DNA of 64,000 bases, taken from Candidatus Velthaea sp. (GTDB lineage Bacteria; Vulcanimicrobiota; Vulcanimicrobiia; Vulcanimicrobiales; Vulcanimicrobiaceae). The first letter of the stretch is position 1; every line of letters begins with the position of its first letter. The notes under the pieces were generated by a model. It was not told the origin of the DNA. It saw nothing but the letters and a program-made list of their open reading frames with translations, and searched no databases. A program made the position numbers and the translations under genes. Below are positions 18,316 through 27,121 of this stretch, one piece after another. The stretch is from assembly GCA_050012475.1 (NCBI GenBank), contig JBEKHC010000001.1, positions 64,001 through 128,000 on the forward strand. The letters are read 5' to 3'.

Positions 18316-19764
18316 ATGATGCGCAATGGATGGTCGGACCTAGCCGTTGAGATCGATCGCACGAGCGCCGTGCCCATCTACCGTCAAATCGTCGAGCGTT
18401 TGCGCGAACTGATTCTGACCGGCGCGCTGCCCGAGGGAACGCGGCTGCCGCCGGAGCGAAGTCTGGCGGCCGTTCTCACCGTCAATCGCAGCACCGTCGT
18501 GCACGCCTACCGCGATCTCGCGGTCAGCGGATTGATCGACCAGCGCGTCGGATCGGGTTCACGGGTCGCCGTACTCGAGCCCGATCATCCCGAGCGCAGC
18601 GCGGTGGTCCCGTGGTGGCAGACACTGCCGCCTTGGCGCTCGGGCCGGCCTCCGGCGCTGCTCGAAGAACTCGCGGCCGTCGAACGCCGCGACCGCATCG
18701 CCTTCGTCGCCGGCATTCCGCCGCCGGATCCATCGCCGCACGGCGATTTGGGGCGATCGTTCGCTCGGGTGGCCGAAAATCACCGAGCGGTCGCGGGCTA
18801 CGGCGAAAGCGAAGGCTACCCTCCGCTGCGCGAGGCAATCGCCGAACGCTTGCGCTTCCGCGGCGTGCGCAGCACCGCCGCCGACGTGCTCGTGCTGACC
18901 GGATCGACGCAAGGCATCGCGCTCGTCGCGCAAGCGTTGGCCGAACCGGGCGACGAAATCGTCGTCGAAGCGCCAACGTATCCGGGTGCGCTGCAAATCT
19001 TTGCCGTGCAGGGTCTGCGCGCGGTCGCCGTGCCCGTCGATGAAAGCGGGCTGCGCGTCGATCACCTCGAGGCCGTGCTGAGCGCTCGCCGGCCGCGCTT
19101 CATTTACACGATGCCCGCCCTGCACAATCCGACCGGCGTAACCCTGAGCGAAGCACGGCGCGAACGGCTCATCGCGCTGGCCGCGCGCGCCGGCGTGCCG
19201 ATCGTCGAGGACGATCCGTACGGCGACCTGGCGCCGGCGCACAGCACCCCGCTCGTTGCGCGCAACCCCGCCGGCGTCATCCACCTGGGCAGCTTCAGCA
19301 AGACGATCGCGCCGTCGCTGCGGCTGGGATATGCGTGCGCCCCGCGCACGATCTACGAGCGTCTGCGGCTGCGGAAACAGGCCGGCGACCTGGCGACCTC
19401 GATGTACGTTCAAGCCGCCGTGCGTGATTATTTGCTGACCGTCTACGACGCGCATTTGCCGCGGCTGCGGGCCGAACTGGAGGCGCGCCGCGCGGTCGCC
19501 CTGGATGCCGTCGACACCTATTGGCCCGCTTCGATGCACATCGTGCGGAACGGCTCCGGATTCTATCTTTGGGTGACCGCGCCGGACGGCGTGCGCGCGA
19601 GTGCGCTGCTCGAGGCTGCCGAGCGCCGTGGTGCGTCGTTCCTGTGCGGCGAACCGTTTTTCGCGCCGCCCGGCGGCGAGCGCAATTTTCGTCTCGCGAT
19701 CACCCCGATGCCGGCGGCCGCAATTGCCGAGGGCATCCGGCGCATCGGCTCCGCTCTCGGTTGA
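18316..19764 (+). CDS. MocR/GabR-family regulator (GntR HTH plus PLP-dependent aminotransferase-like domain)
   Basis: PIYRQI..LPPERSLA..VNRSTVVHAY HTH; HNPTG, VEDDPY, SFSKT. Confidence 0.92.
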   Translation: MMRNGWSDLAVEIDRTSAVPIYRQIVERLRELILTGALPEGTRLPPERSLAAVLTVNRSTVVHAYRDLAVSGLIDQRVGSGSRVAVLEPDHPERSAVVPWWQTLPPWRSGRPPALLEELAAVERRDRIAFVAGIPPPDPSPHGDLGRSFARVAENHRAVAGYGESEGYPPLREAIAERLRFRGVRSTAADVLVLTGSTQGIALVAQALAEPGDEIVVEAPTYPGALQIFAVQGLRAVAVPVDESGLRVDHLEAVLSARRPRFIYTMPALHNPTGVTLSEARRERLIALAARAGVPIVEDDPYGDLAPAHSTPLVARNPAGVIHLGSFSKTIAPSLRLGYACAPRTIYERLRLRKQAGDLATSMYVQAAVRDYLLTVYDAHLPRLRAELEARRAVALDAVDTYWPASMHIVRNGSGFYLWVTAPDGVRASALLEAAERRGASFLCGEPFFAPPGGERNFRLAITPMPAAAIAEGIRRIGSALG

Positions 19765-20666
19765 CGACGGCGTCCGGCGCGCTGCTCGCGTGGTACGCGC
19801 GTTTCGGACGCACGCATCTGCCGTGGCGGCGCACGCGCGACCCGTATGCGATCGTCGTCGCCGAATTCATGCTGCAGCAGACCCAAGTCGATCGCGTGCT
19901 GCCGCTGTATGCTGCGTTTGTCGAACGTTTCGGCACGTTTGAAGCCCTCGCTGCGTCCGACGCCGGCGACGTGATGCGCGCTTGGCGGGGGCTGGGCTAC
20001 AATTCGCGCGCGCAGCGGTTGCGGCTATTGGCGCAAACCGTCGTGCGCGAGCATCGGGGAGCGCTGCCGCGCGAGCGCGACGCCTTGCTCGCGCTGCCCG
20101 GTATCGGTCCGTACACGGCGGCAGCCGTGCGCGCCTTCGCGTTCGACGAAGACGATGTTGCGCTCGACACCAACATTCGCCGGGTCGTGCACCGGCTGCG
20201 GTTCGGACTCGAGTTTCCGGCCCGCGCGAGCGAGCGCGCCGTAGACGCCGCCGCGACGGCGCTGGTCCCAGCGGGACGCGGCCACGATTGGAACTCGGCG
20301 ATGATGGACTTGGGCGCGACGATCTGCACGTCGCGCGCGCCCAAGTGTTTGCTGTGCCCGCTGGCCAAGGACTGCGCCGCCGCGCCGATCGACGCACCCC
20401 GGCTCGCGGAGCTGGCGAAAACGGCGGCGCGCCGTTCGCCCCAGGAAGCGCTGCCGTTCGTCCGGACGACGCGCTTCTTGCGCGGCCGAATCATCGATCG
20501 GCTGCGTGACCTGCCGGCAGCCGCCGGTTTAACGCTCGACGAGTTGCAGGTCGATCTGCGCGCGGCCGTGCCCGCCGACCGGCTTGCCGAGATTCCCGCG
20601 CTCGTTCGCGCGCTCGTTAGCGAGGGCTTGGTGGTGCTCGACGAGCGCGGCGTTCGCTTGCGGTGA
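19761..20666 (+). CDS. mutY: A/G-specific adenine glycosylase, short form without NUDIX-like C-terminus
   Basis: LPWR, EFMLQQTQV, WRGLGY, LPGIGPYTA, Fe-S motif CTSRAPKCLLCPLAKDC; TTGA overlap. Confidence 0.88.
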   Translation: MTTASGALLAWYARFGRTHLPWRRTRDPYAIVVAEFMLQQTQVDRVLPLYAAFVERFGTFEALAASDAGDVMRAWRGLGYNSRAQRLRLLAQTVVREHRGALPRERDALLALPGIGPYTAAAVRAFAFDEDDVALDTNIRRVVHRLRFGLEFPARASERAVDAAATALVPAGRGHDWNSAMMDLGATICTSRAPKCLLCPLAKDCAAAPIDAPRLAELAKTAARRSPQEALPFVRTTRFLRGRIIDRLRDLPAAAGLTLDELQVDLRAAVPADRLAEIPALVRALVSEGLVVLDERGVRLR

Positions 20667-20679
20667 TTCGGGCGTCACC

Positions 20680-21225
20680 TCAGCCGAACCAGGCCGGCAG
20701 GTCCGCGTAGCGCTCTTCTTTCCACGGGTCGCCGTCGTTGTGGTAGCCGCGAACCTCCCAAAACCCCTTGACGTCGTGGTCGAGAAACTCCAGCCCGTTG
20801 ATCCACTTCGCACTCTTCCAAAAATAGAGCTTGGGCACGAGCATGCGGACGGGTCCACCGTGGATGGGCTCGAGCGCCTGGCCATCGAATTCGTATGCCA
20901 CCAGGCAATCCTCGCCCAGCATCGCTGCGAGCGGCAGATTCGTCGTGTAGTCGTTGTCGGCGTGCTGAACCACGTGGGTTACTCCCGCGTCGGGCCGCGC
21001 GCGTCCGACCAAATCACGAAACAGCAAGCCGCGCCATTCGGTTGAGGGGAGCGCCCGCAGCTCATCGAAACTCAGCGCGAACGGCTCGTCGACCAGCCCG
21101 AAGACGCGCAAGCGCCACGTTGCCCGGTCGAAGCGCGGTACGTTGCCCACGTGCAGTACCGGAAAGCCGGTCGTGACGGCTTGGCCGGGCGGTACCGTCG
21201 CGTCTTTTTGTTTGAAGAACGGCAT
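20680..21225 (-). CDS. Sulfite-oxidase-like molybdopterin oxidoreductase, apparently missing the Mo-ligand segment
   Basis: PPGQ..FPVLH, HGGPVRMLVPKLYFWKSAKW, GFWEVRGYH; no DxHCVxxWS motif. Confidence 0.8.
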   Translation of the reverse strand: MPFFKQKDATVPPGQAVTTGFPVLHVGNVPRFDRATWRLRVFGLVDEPFALSFDELRALPSTEWRGLLFRDLVGRARPDAGVTHVVQHADNDYTTNLPLAAMLGEDCLVAYEFDGQALEPIHGGPVRMLVPKLYFWKSAKWINGLEFLDHDVKGFWEVRGYHNDGDPWKEERYADLPAWFG

Positions 21226-21278
21226 GCCGCATCCGACGTCCGCGAAGGCAGCAAGAGTTGCGCCGCCAACGTTTGGGC

Positions 21279-21971
21279 GTGGCCATTCCGTTTCCGACCC
21301 GTAAAGTAACGCGCAAGGTCGCGCTCGCCGAGCTCGCGATTCTCGAAGCCGCGTATCCGGCTGCGGTCACCGCGCTGAACTATCGTAACCCGTTCGAGTT
21401 GCTCGTCGCGGTCATTCTGTCGGCCCAGTGCACGGACGCGCGCGTGAATCTCACCACGCCCGCGCTGTTTGCGGCCTATCCCGACGCGGCGGCCTTGGCG
21501 GGCGCGAACCTCGAAGACGTCGAGAAGATCATCAAATCGTGCGGTTTCTTTCGCATGAAGGCGAAGAATATCGTCAACGCGGCGCGCGCGCTGGCCGAGC
21601 GGCACGGCGGCGAGGTGCCGCGCGAACGCGAAGAGCTCGAAGCGCTGCCCGGCGTCGGGCGAAAAACCGCCGCCGTCGTGCTCTCGGTCGCCTTCGAGGG
21701 CGCGGCCTTTGCGGTCGACACGCACGTCTTCCGGGTCGCCCACCGGTTGGGACTGACGGTCGGGAAAACGCCGCGCGCCGTCGAGGACGATGTGACCAAG
21801 CTCGTTCCGCCCGCGCAGTGGCGGCACGCTCACCATTGGCTAATCCTACACGGCCGCGCGATCTGCAAAGCACCGACGCCATGGTGCGATCGCTGCCCGG
21901 TCACGATGTGCCCGTCGCGCTCGCTGGTGGCAAAGTTCAAGCGCGACGCTCTGCGCGCCCGCACGGCCTGA
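21279..21971 (+). CDS. nth: Endonuclease III
   Basis: LVAVILSAQCTD, LPGVGRKTA, AVDTHVFRV, C-terminal 4-Cys cluster motif. Confidence 0.93.
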   Translation: MAIPFPTRKVTRKVALAELAILEAAYPAAVTALNYRNPFELLVAVILSAQCTDARVNLTTPALFAAYPDAAALAGANLEDVEKIIKSCGFFRMKAKNIVNAARALAERHGGEVPREREELEALPGVGRKTAAVVLSVAFEGAAFAVDTHVFRVAHRLGLTVGKTPRAVEDDVTKLVPPAQWRHAHHWLILHGRAICKAPTPWCDRCPVTMCPSRSLVAKFKRDALRARTA

Positions 21972-21981
21972 AGCCCGGGGT

Positions 21982-22530
21982 TCAGAAGCGCATCGGGCCG
22001 GGCGCGTCGAGGTGCGGCGGACGCGGAAGCTCGGCGTCGCCCGCAATGGCCTTGAGCAGGCCGGCCGCGGTCAGCGCTTCCCCGTAGCCGGGCTCGGTCG
22101 AAAGCTTCGAGAGATTGAGCAGGGCCGGAGCATCCGAGCCGGCGTCGAACTGGTATTCGCCATCCAGGTCCAGGCCGCTCACGAGGACGAGCTGCCGCTC
22201 GCTGTCGAGATCGAGGGCAACGCGCCGGCCCGCGAAGCGCAGGCGCAGGCGCAGTGGTTTTTCGAGCCGGACGAAGGTCACGCCGTTTTTGCCCAAGATC
22301 GAATTGAGCCGCCTCGACCCGAGCGCGAGCGCCTCGGCTAGGGCCGCGAACGCGGCTTCGGCGTCGCCGGCATCGCCGGCCGGGGCATTTTGCGTCGCCG
22401 AATCGATCGCCGCGCCGAGGTCGGCGCGGGCGCGCAGTTTCATCGCCATCGCCACGATTGGGTTTTGTTCGGGCTGGTCGTCGTTCATCGCTAGTTTGCC
22501 ATCCTTGCCATCGCGATTCTTTCCGCTCAC
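21982..22530 (-). CDS. Hypothetical protein
   Basis: Protein-like ORF filling the gap; start may be ATG 22488 (MNDDQPEQ). Confidence 0.65.
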   Translation of the reverse strand: MSGKNRDGKDGKLAMNDDQPEQNPIVAMAMKLRARADLGAAIDSATQNAPAGDAGDAEAAFAALAEALALGSRRLNSILGKNGVTFVRLEKPLRLRLRFAGRRVALDLDSERQLVLVSGLDLDGEYQFDAGSDAPALLNLSKLSTEPGYGEALTAAGLLKAIAGDAELPRPPHLDAPGPMRF

Positions 22531-22613
22531 CTGGCCAGCGTGCCCGTCAGCTTCGCCGTCCGCTCGCGTTCCGGCGGGATTCTGATCGGCAGATGGCTGA
22601 TGCGTGACGCCGT

Positions 22614-23060
22614 ATGAAGTGGGAGCAAGGGGCGTCGGCGATCTCGAGCGCGCCTCCGCAGGCAGTTTGGGACGTCCTGCTCGACGGGCGGCGCTGGAGC
22701 TTTTGGAATCCCGGCGCCGAGTGGATGTGGCTGGAGGGCGCGGTCGAGCCGGGGACGCTCGTCACGATCAAACTTCAAGGCGTCAGGCAGACGGCGCTGC
22801 GGATCGTGGAAGCGCGTCCGCCGCAGTGCTTTGCGCTTGCTTTGGCGATCGGACCAATCGCCCGGTTCGAGATCGTCTGGACGCTCGCCATACAAGGGAG
22901 CGGCACGCGCATCGATACGGCCGTCGCGATTGCGGGGATTGCTGCGGGCTGGCTGCTGCGGCGCCCGGCGCAGCGGGTGGCGGAGGCGCTGCCCGGGCAT
23001 GTCGAACGGCTGGCTGCCCGCGCTCAGGAGGAGGAAGAAAAAAACGCGCGGCTCCAATGA
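22614..23060 (+). CDS. SRPBCC (polyketide cyclase/dehydrase-like) protein
   Basis: ISSAPPQAVWDVLLDGRRWSFWNP N-terminal motif. Confidence 0.75.
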   Translation: MKWEQGASAISSAPPQAVWDVLLDGRRWSFWNPGAEWMWLEGAVEPGTLVTIKLQGVRQTALRIVEARPPQCFALALAIGPIARFEIVWTLAIQGSGTRIDTAVAIAGIAAGWLLRRPAQRVAEALPGHVERLAARAQEEEEKNARLQ

Positions 23061-23068
23061 ACCGCGCG
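23038..23068 (-). terminator. Intrinsic terminator downstream of the Lys-rich microprotein
   Basis: Minus strand CGCGCGGTTC-ATTG-GAGCCGCGCG followed by T7. Confidence 0.75.
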
Positions 23069-23108
23069 CGAATGAGGAATTATTGCTTTATTGAACCGGT
23101 TGAAGAAC

Positions 23109-23159
23109 CTACTTCTTCATTTTCTTTCCAGCCTTCTTCGCTTTTTTCTTTTTTGCCAT
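23109..23159 (-). CDS. 16-aa Lys-rich microprotein MAKKKKAKKAGKKMKK
   Basis: ATG preceded by strong SD GGGGTGA at 7-nt spacing; followed by a terminator; too short for the ORF track. Confidence 0.6.
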   Translation of the reverse strand: MAKKKKAKKAGKKMKK

Positions 23160-23392
23160 GTGATCATCACCCCCTGGTCTGTTAAAATTGACAGCCGGCG
23201 TTGGACGGCGGTTGTACCGAATAAACGCAGTGTACTCTCGGGCAGTTCCGCGAACCGCGGACCAACCCTGCGAATTTGATTAGAATCCAATGATGACGAG
23301 CAAGGGTAAACTTGTCGTCAAATTCGGCATGCTCCGGCTTTCGCGGAGCGCATGCCGGGTTATGCTTCGCCTTACGTGGAAACCATGGGTGG

Positions 23393-24403
23393 ATGCCGAT
23401 CATCGAGACCCGCGACCTGCGCAAAGTTTTTCGGTCGCTCAAACGCGAGTCGGGGGTTCTCGGTACGCTGACGACGTTGTTTTCGCGCACGTACGAAGAG
23501 AAGGTCGCCGTCGACAACGTTACGATGTCGCTCGACGCGGGCGAACTCGTCGGCTACATCGGACCGAATGGAGCCGGCAAATCGACGACGATCAAGATGC
23601 TGACCGGCATTCTCGTTCCGACCTCGGGTACGATTCATGTCGCCGGCTTGGTGCCGCACGAAAAACGCAGTCAGAACGCGGCGAACATTGGGGTAGTTTT
23701 CGGTCAACGCAGTCAGCTGTACTGGGACCTCCCGCTGCGCGAATCGTTCGAGCTGCTGCGGGCGATTTACGGCGTGCCGCGCGACCGCTACCGACAGAAC
23801 CTCGCCCACTTCGCCGAAATCCTCGATCTCGATCGCTTCATGGCCACGCCCGTTCGCCAGCTGTCATTGGGCGAACGGATGCGCGGCGACTTTGCTGCCG
23901 CGATGCTGCACGATCCGCAGATCGTGTACCTCGACGAGCCGACGATCGGCCTGGACGTGGTGGCCAAGGAAGCAATTCGCAATTTCATCTGCGAGATAAA
24001 CAGCGAGCGCGGCACGACCGTCATTCTCACGACGCACGATCTCGCCGACGTCGAGCGGCTGTGCAATCGGATCGTCCTCATCGACAAAGGCACGATCATT
24101 TACGACGGCTCGGTCGAACGGCTGCGGACCGAGTACGGAACGCACCGCACGCTCGTCGTAACCCTCGCCGAATCGTACGCTGACGTCGACGTCGAGGGCG
24201 CCGAATTCGACGGCCGCGAAGGCAACGTCGTTCGCTTGCGCTTCGACCGCCGCACCTTGAGCGCTGAAGCGCTGATCCGCCGGGTCACCGAACGCTTCGC
24301 CATCACGGACGTCTCGATCATCGAACCGGATATCGAAACGATCGTCCGCCGCATCTACGTCGAGGGTTATCAGGAGCAGCTGCCCGCGACGCAAACGCTG
24401 TGA
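23393..24403 (+). CDS. ABC-2 type exporter ATP-binding protein
   Basis: GPNGAGKSTT, VFGQRSQL, LSLGERMR, LDEPTIGLD. Confidence 0.93.
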   Translation: MPIIETRDLRKVFRSLKRESGVLGTLTTLFSRTYEEKVAVDNVTMSLDAGELVGYIGPNGAGKSTTIKMLTGILVPTSGTIHVAGLVPHEKRSQNAANIGVVFGQRSQLYWDLPLRESFELLRAIYGVPRDRYRQNLAHFAEILDLDRFMATPVRQLSLGERMRGDFAAAMLHDPQIVYLDEPTIGLDVVAKEAIRNFICEINSERGTTVILTTHDLADVERLCNRIVLIDKGTIIYDGSVERLRTEYGTHRTLVVTLAESYADVDVEGAEFDGREGNVVRLRFDRRTLSAEALIRRVTERFAITDVSIIEPDIETIVRRIYVEGYQEQLPATQTL

Positions 24404-25212
24404 TCTCGGCCGGCGCTCGATTTCGCCTCGAACCGTATGTCGAGTTCGCGAAAAAGGCGATCTCGCGCGAGGCGACCTACCGGTTCGACGTCTTCACCAG
24501 CATCGGCTCGCTCGCCGTTCGCGTCTATCTGCTGCGCATGGTGTGGACCGCGTTGTACGCCCACAACGCTGCGCCCGGCGATTTGCCGCTGCACGCCATC
24601 ATCACCTATTCAACGGTGGCGCTGCTGATGGGGCTCGTGCTCGATATCGACCAGACGCGCATCCTCCACGACAAGCTTCACGACGGCAGCATCGCCGGCG
24701 ATTTCATGAAGCCGATCAGCGTGCCGCTGTATTTGTTCAGTGACGGAACGGGGGAAGTGCTCTTCCACGCCTTTCTGATCGTGCCCGCGCTGCTGTTGTC
24801 GCTGCTTCTGGTGCACATCGACGTCCCGGCTCCAGCGGTCCTCGCTGCGTTTGGTCTGAGCTTTTTGCTCGGTTATTTCGTCGGCTTTTTCATCAACTTC
24901 ATTCTCAACTGCGTTGCGTTCTGGACGCTCGAAATCTCGGGCGTGCAAATGATCCTGACGTGGGTGACCGATCTCTTGGGCGGCGGCATCATCCCGTTGA
25001 TCTTGTTCCCGCTGGGTCTGCAGAAGGTCATCTTTGCTTTGCCGTTCGCCGCGATGTTCTCGACGCCGCTGCTCATCTACGTCGGCCGGATCCCTCCCGC
25101 CGGCTATCTCGCCGCGTTCGGCGTGCAGTCGCTGTGGTTGCTTCTGCTTGCCGGCGTCGCGACGATCATCTGGCGAGCGGGGGCGCGCCGGGTCGTGGTG
25201 CAAGGCGGATGA
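24400..25212 (+). CDS. ABC-2 family permease (DUF990-like)
   Basis: About 6 TM segments, ends VVVQGG; GTGA overlap. Confidence 0.88.
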   Translation: MISAGARFRLEPYVEFAKKAISREATYRFDVFTSIGSLAVRVYLLRMVWTALYAHNAAPGDLPLHAIITYSTVALLMGLVLDIDQTRILHDKLHDGSIAGDFMKPISVPLYLFSDGTGEVLFHAFLIVPALLLSLLLVHIDVPAPAVLAAFGLSFLLGYFVGFFINFILNCVAFWTLEISGVQMILTWVTDLLGGGIIPLILFPLGLQKVIFALPFAAMFSTPLLIYVGRIPPAGYLAAFGVQSLWLLLLAGVATIIWRAGARRVVVQGG

Positions 25213-26024
25213 CGCCCAAACTGCGGATGATGTTCGACGTCTACGCGCAATACTGGCGGATCAATCTGCTCACGACGCTCGAGTATCGCGCCAACTTCTT
25301 TATCTGGCTGGTCTTTACGTTCGTCTATCACGGGACCGCGATCGCGGCGCTGTACATCATCCTGCAGACATTTCCTTCGATGAACGGCTGGTCGTTTCGC
25401 GACATGGCGTTCTTGTACGGTCTGTGGATGCTGGGTCACGCCTTGAACAACACGTTCTTCAACTCGGTAGGCGACATCCCCGAGCATATCCGCGACGGCG
25501 AGTTCGATCGCTTTCTCGTGCGCCCGCTCGACGCGCTTTTTCAAGTGATCACCTTGCCCGGGCAGATATTCCCCGACGAGCTCGTCCTCGCCGTCAGCTA
25601 TTTTTGCGCGGCGGTCTGGTACGGCCACGTCCACGTCGATGCCGGATTCGTCATGCTCGTGCCGCTGATCGCGGCCGGCGGCGCGCTCATCGACCTCGGC
25701 ATCGGTTTGCTCATCTCGACGGTTGCCTTTTGGTTCATTCGCGTCGATGCGCTGCGCTGGATCGTGCTTCAGCTCGAACAGGAGTTCACCCGGTACCCGC
25801 TGACCATCTACTCGCGCGGCGTTCGGCTCGTGCTGGCCTTCGTGTTTCCGTTTGCGTTCATGAATTATTTTCCGGCGACGTTCTTTCTGCACAAAGCGGA
25901 GACCGGGCTGTCGCTTCCGCCCGCGGTCGGCCTCCTTACCCCCCTCATCGGCATCGCGTTCGTGGCCGTCGCTTACGTTTTCTGGCGCATCGGCCTCAAT
26001 CGCTATCAGGGCGTGGGCCACTAG
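25209..26024 (+). CDS. ABC-2 family permease (DUF990-like)
   Basis: EYRANF, GEFDRFLVRPL, YPLTIY, RYQGVG; ATGA overlap. Confidence 0.88.
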   Translation: MTPKLRMMFDVYAQYWRINLLTTLEYRANFFIWLVFTFVYHGTAIAALYIILQTFPSMNGWSFRDMAFLYGLWMLGHALNNTFFNSVGDIPEHIRDGEFDRFLVRPLDALFQVITLPGQIFPDELVLAVSYFCAAVWYGHVHVDAGFVMLVPLIAAGGALIDLGIGLLISTVAFWFIRVDALRWIVLQLEQEFTRYPLTIYSRGVRLVLAFVFPFAFMNYFPATFFLHKAETGLSLPPAVGLLTPLIGIAFVAVAYVFWRIGLNRYQGVGH

Positions 26025-26026
26025 CA

Positions 26027-26056
26027 GGGTGAAGCGGACTTACGTCCGCTTCACCC
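26027..26056 (+). terminator. Perfect 13-bp hairpin after the ABC operon
   Basis: GGGTGAAGCGGAC-TTAC-GTCCGCTTCACCC; weak U-tract. Confidence 0.55.
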
Positions 26057-26208
26057 GTGGCGTTTTCGGGCTTCGCCCAAAGCCGCGGGTGTCGCTTTGG
26101 CCTGCACCATAAGCCGCGGTGGCGTTTTGGGCTTCGCCCAAAGCCGCGGGTGGCGTTTGGCGGTGCGCGCCGTGCCGCGGGTGGCGTTTGGCGGTGCGCG
26201 CCGAGCCG
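26057..26208. repeat. Five REP-like tandem units of about 31 nt
   Basis: GTGGCGTTT-type starts at about 26057, 26089, 26119, 26150, 26181; GGGCTTCGCCCAAAGCCGC is nearly the reverse complement of the 13681 repeats. Confidence 0.65.
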
Positions 26209-26396
26209 AGGTCGCGCTTCGTAGCCTCGCGATCGACGCGTTGTCGAGCGTGACTTGCCACCTGAGCAGGACGTGTCACGCGGCGTGCCGCGCGGGTGTG
26301 TTGGGGCTCGCTTTAACGGTTGTGATGTAATGCTTGCGAGCGCGCACGCCGATCTATTCGTACACAGGACTGTGGAAAAATGTGTGTGCCTTCGGT

Positions 26397-26423
26397 TAAG
26401 TTCTTGCCCTGCTCCGCCGATAT
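26397..26423 (+). promoter_or_regulatory. Putative sigma28-like promoter
   Basis: TAAG-N15-GCCGATAT followed by hairpin GTCAGTGAGT-CCTT-ACTCGTACTGAC (26426-26451). Confidence 0.55.
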
Positions 26424-26477
26424 CAGTCAGTGAGTCCTTACTCGTACTGACAACTCAAGCTTCCGCCAGGAGAACCC

Positions 26478-27080
26478 ATGAATCTTAACCTTATCGCTCG
26501 TTTTGGCGTCCTCGTCGCCATCGTTGCCTTGCCGGCGTGCAGCGGCGGCGGAGTGAGCACGTCGAGCGCCGCCCCCCTTTCCGCGGTCATTCCGCAAACC
26601 CAGAGCGTCAAGCTCAAGTCCGAGAGCCTGCGCAGCGACATCGTTTCAAAGGTGTCGACAAGCAGCTTGCGCAGCGACGTCATCGCACCCGCCACGGCGA
26701 AGGTGTCGACGAGCAGCTTGCGCAGCGACGTCATCGCACCCGCCACGTCGAAGGTGTCGACGAGCAGCTTGCGCAGCGACGTCATCGCACCCGCCACGTC
26801 GAAGGTGTCGACGAGCAGCTTGCGCAGCGACATCGTTTCAAAGGTGTCGACGAGCAGCTTACGCAGCGACGTCGTCTCAAAGGTGTCGACGAGCAGCTTG
26901 CGCAGCGACGTCGTCCCCGCCAAGGCGACTGCGGCGGCCCATGCCTCCAGTCTTCGCCTCGTCGTCCCGGGCCCGGGTCCGAAAGCTGGCCCGAAGAGCC
27001 TGCGCAGTGACATCGTCAAGGCGAATACGTCCAGCGTTCGCTTAGGCGGCAGAATGGCCGTCGACCCCGATCATCGCTGA
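26478..27080 (+). CDS. Lipoprotein composed of repeated (KVSTS)SLRSD[IV][VI] cassettes
   Basis: AGGAG RBS; signal peptide with lipobox LPAC-SGGG; 8 copies of SLRSD[IV][VI]. Confidence 0.8.
   Translation: MNLNLIARFGVLVAIVALPACSGGGVSTSSAAPLSAVIPQTQSVKLKSESLRSDIVSKVSTSSLRSDVIAPATAKVSTSSLRSDVIAPATSKVSTSSLRSDVIAPATSKVSTSSLRSDIVSKVSTSSLRSDVVSKVSTSSLRSDVVPAKATAAAHASSLRLVVPGPGPKAGPKSLRSDIVKANTSSVRLGGRMAVDPDHR
26620..26915 (+). repeat. Coding tandem repeats of 51 and 39 nt
   Basis: AAGGTGTCGAC at 26649, 26700, 26751, 26802, 26841, 26880. Confidence 0.95.
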
Positions 27081-27121
27081 CGGTGTACCGAAAGACAACT
27101 CTGAAAGGATAAGGAGGAGAG

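Noticed and set aside
26057..26208. Mini-CRISPR
   Set aside because: Units of about 31 nt are too short and the variable parts recur
26620..26915. CRISPR-like array of regularly spaced repeats
   Set aside because: Periods are 51 and 39 nt (multiples of 3), spacers are near-identical, the array lies in frame inside a lipoprotein ORF, and no cas genes are present
26438..27019. Antisense ORF with TSLRKLLVDTF repeats
   Set aside because: Shadow of the plus-strand gene, which has an RBS, signal peptide and lipobox
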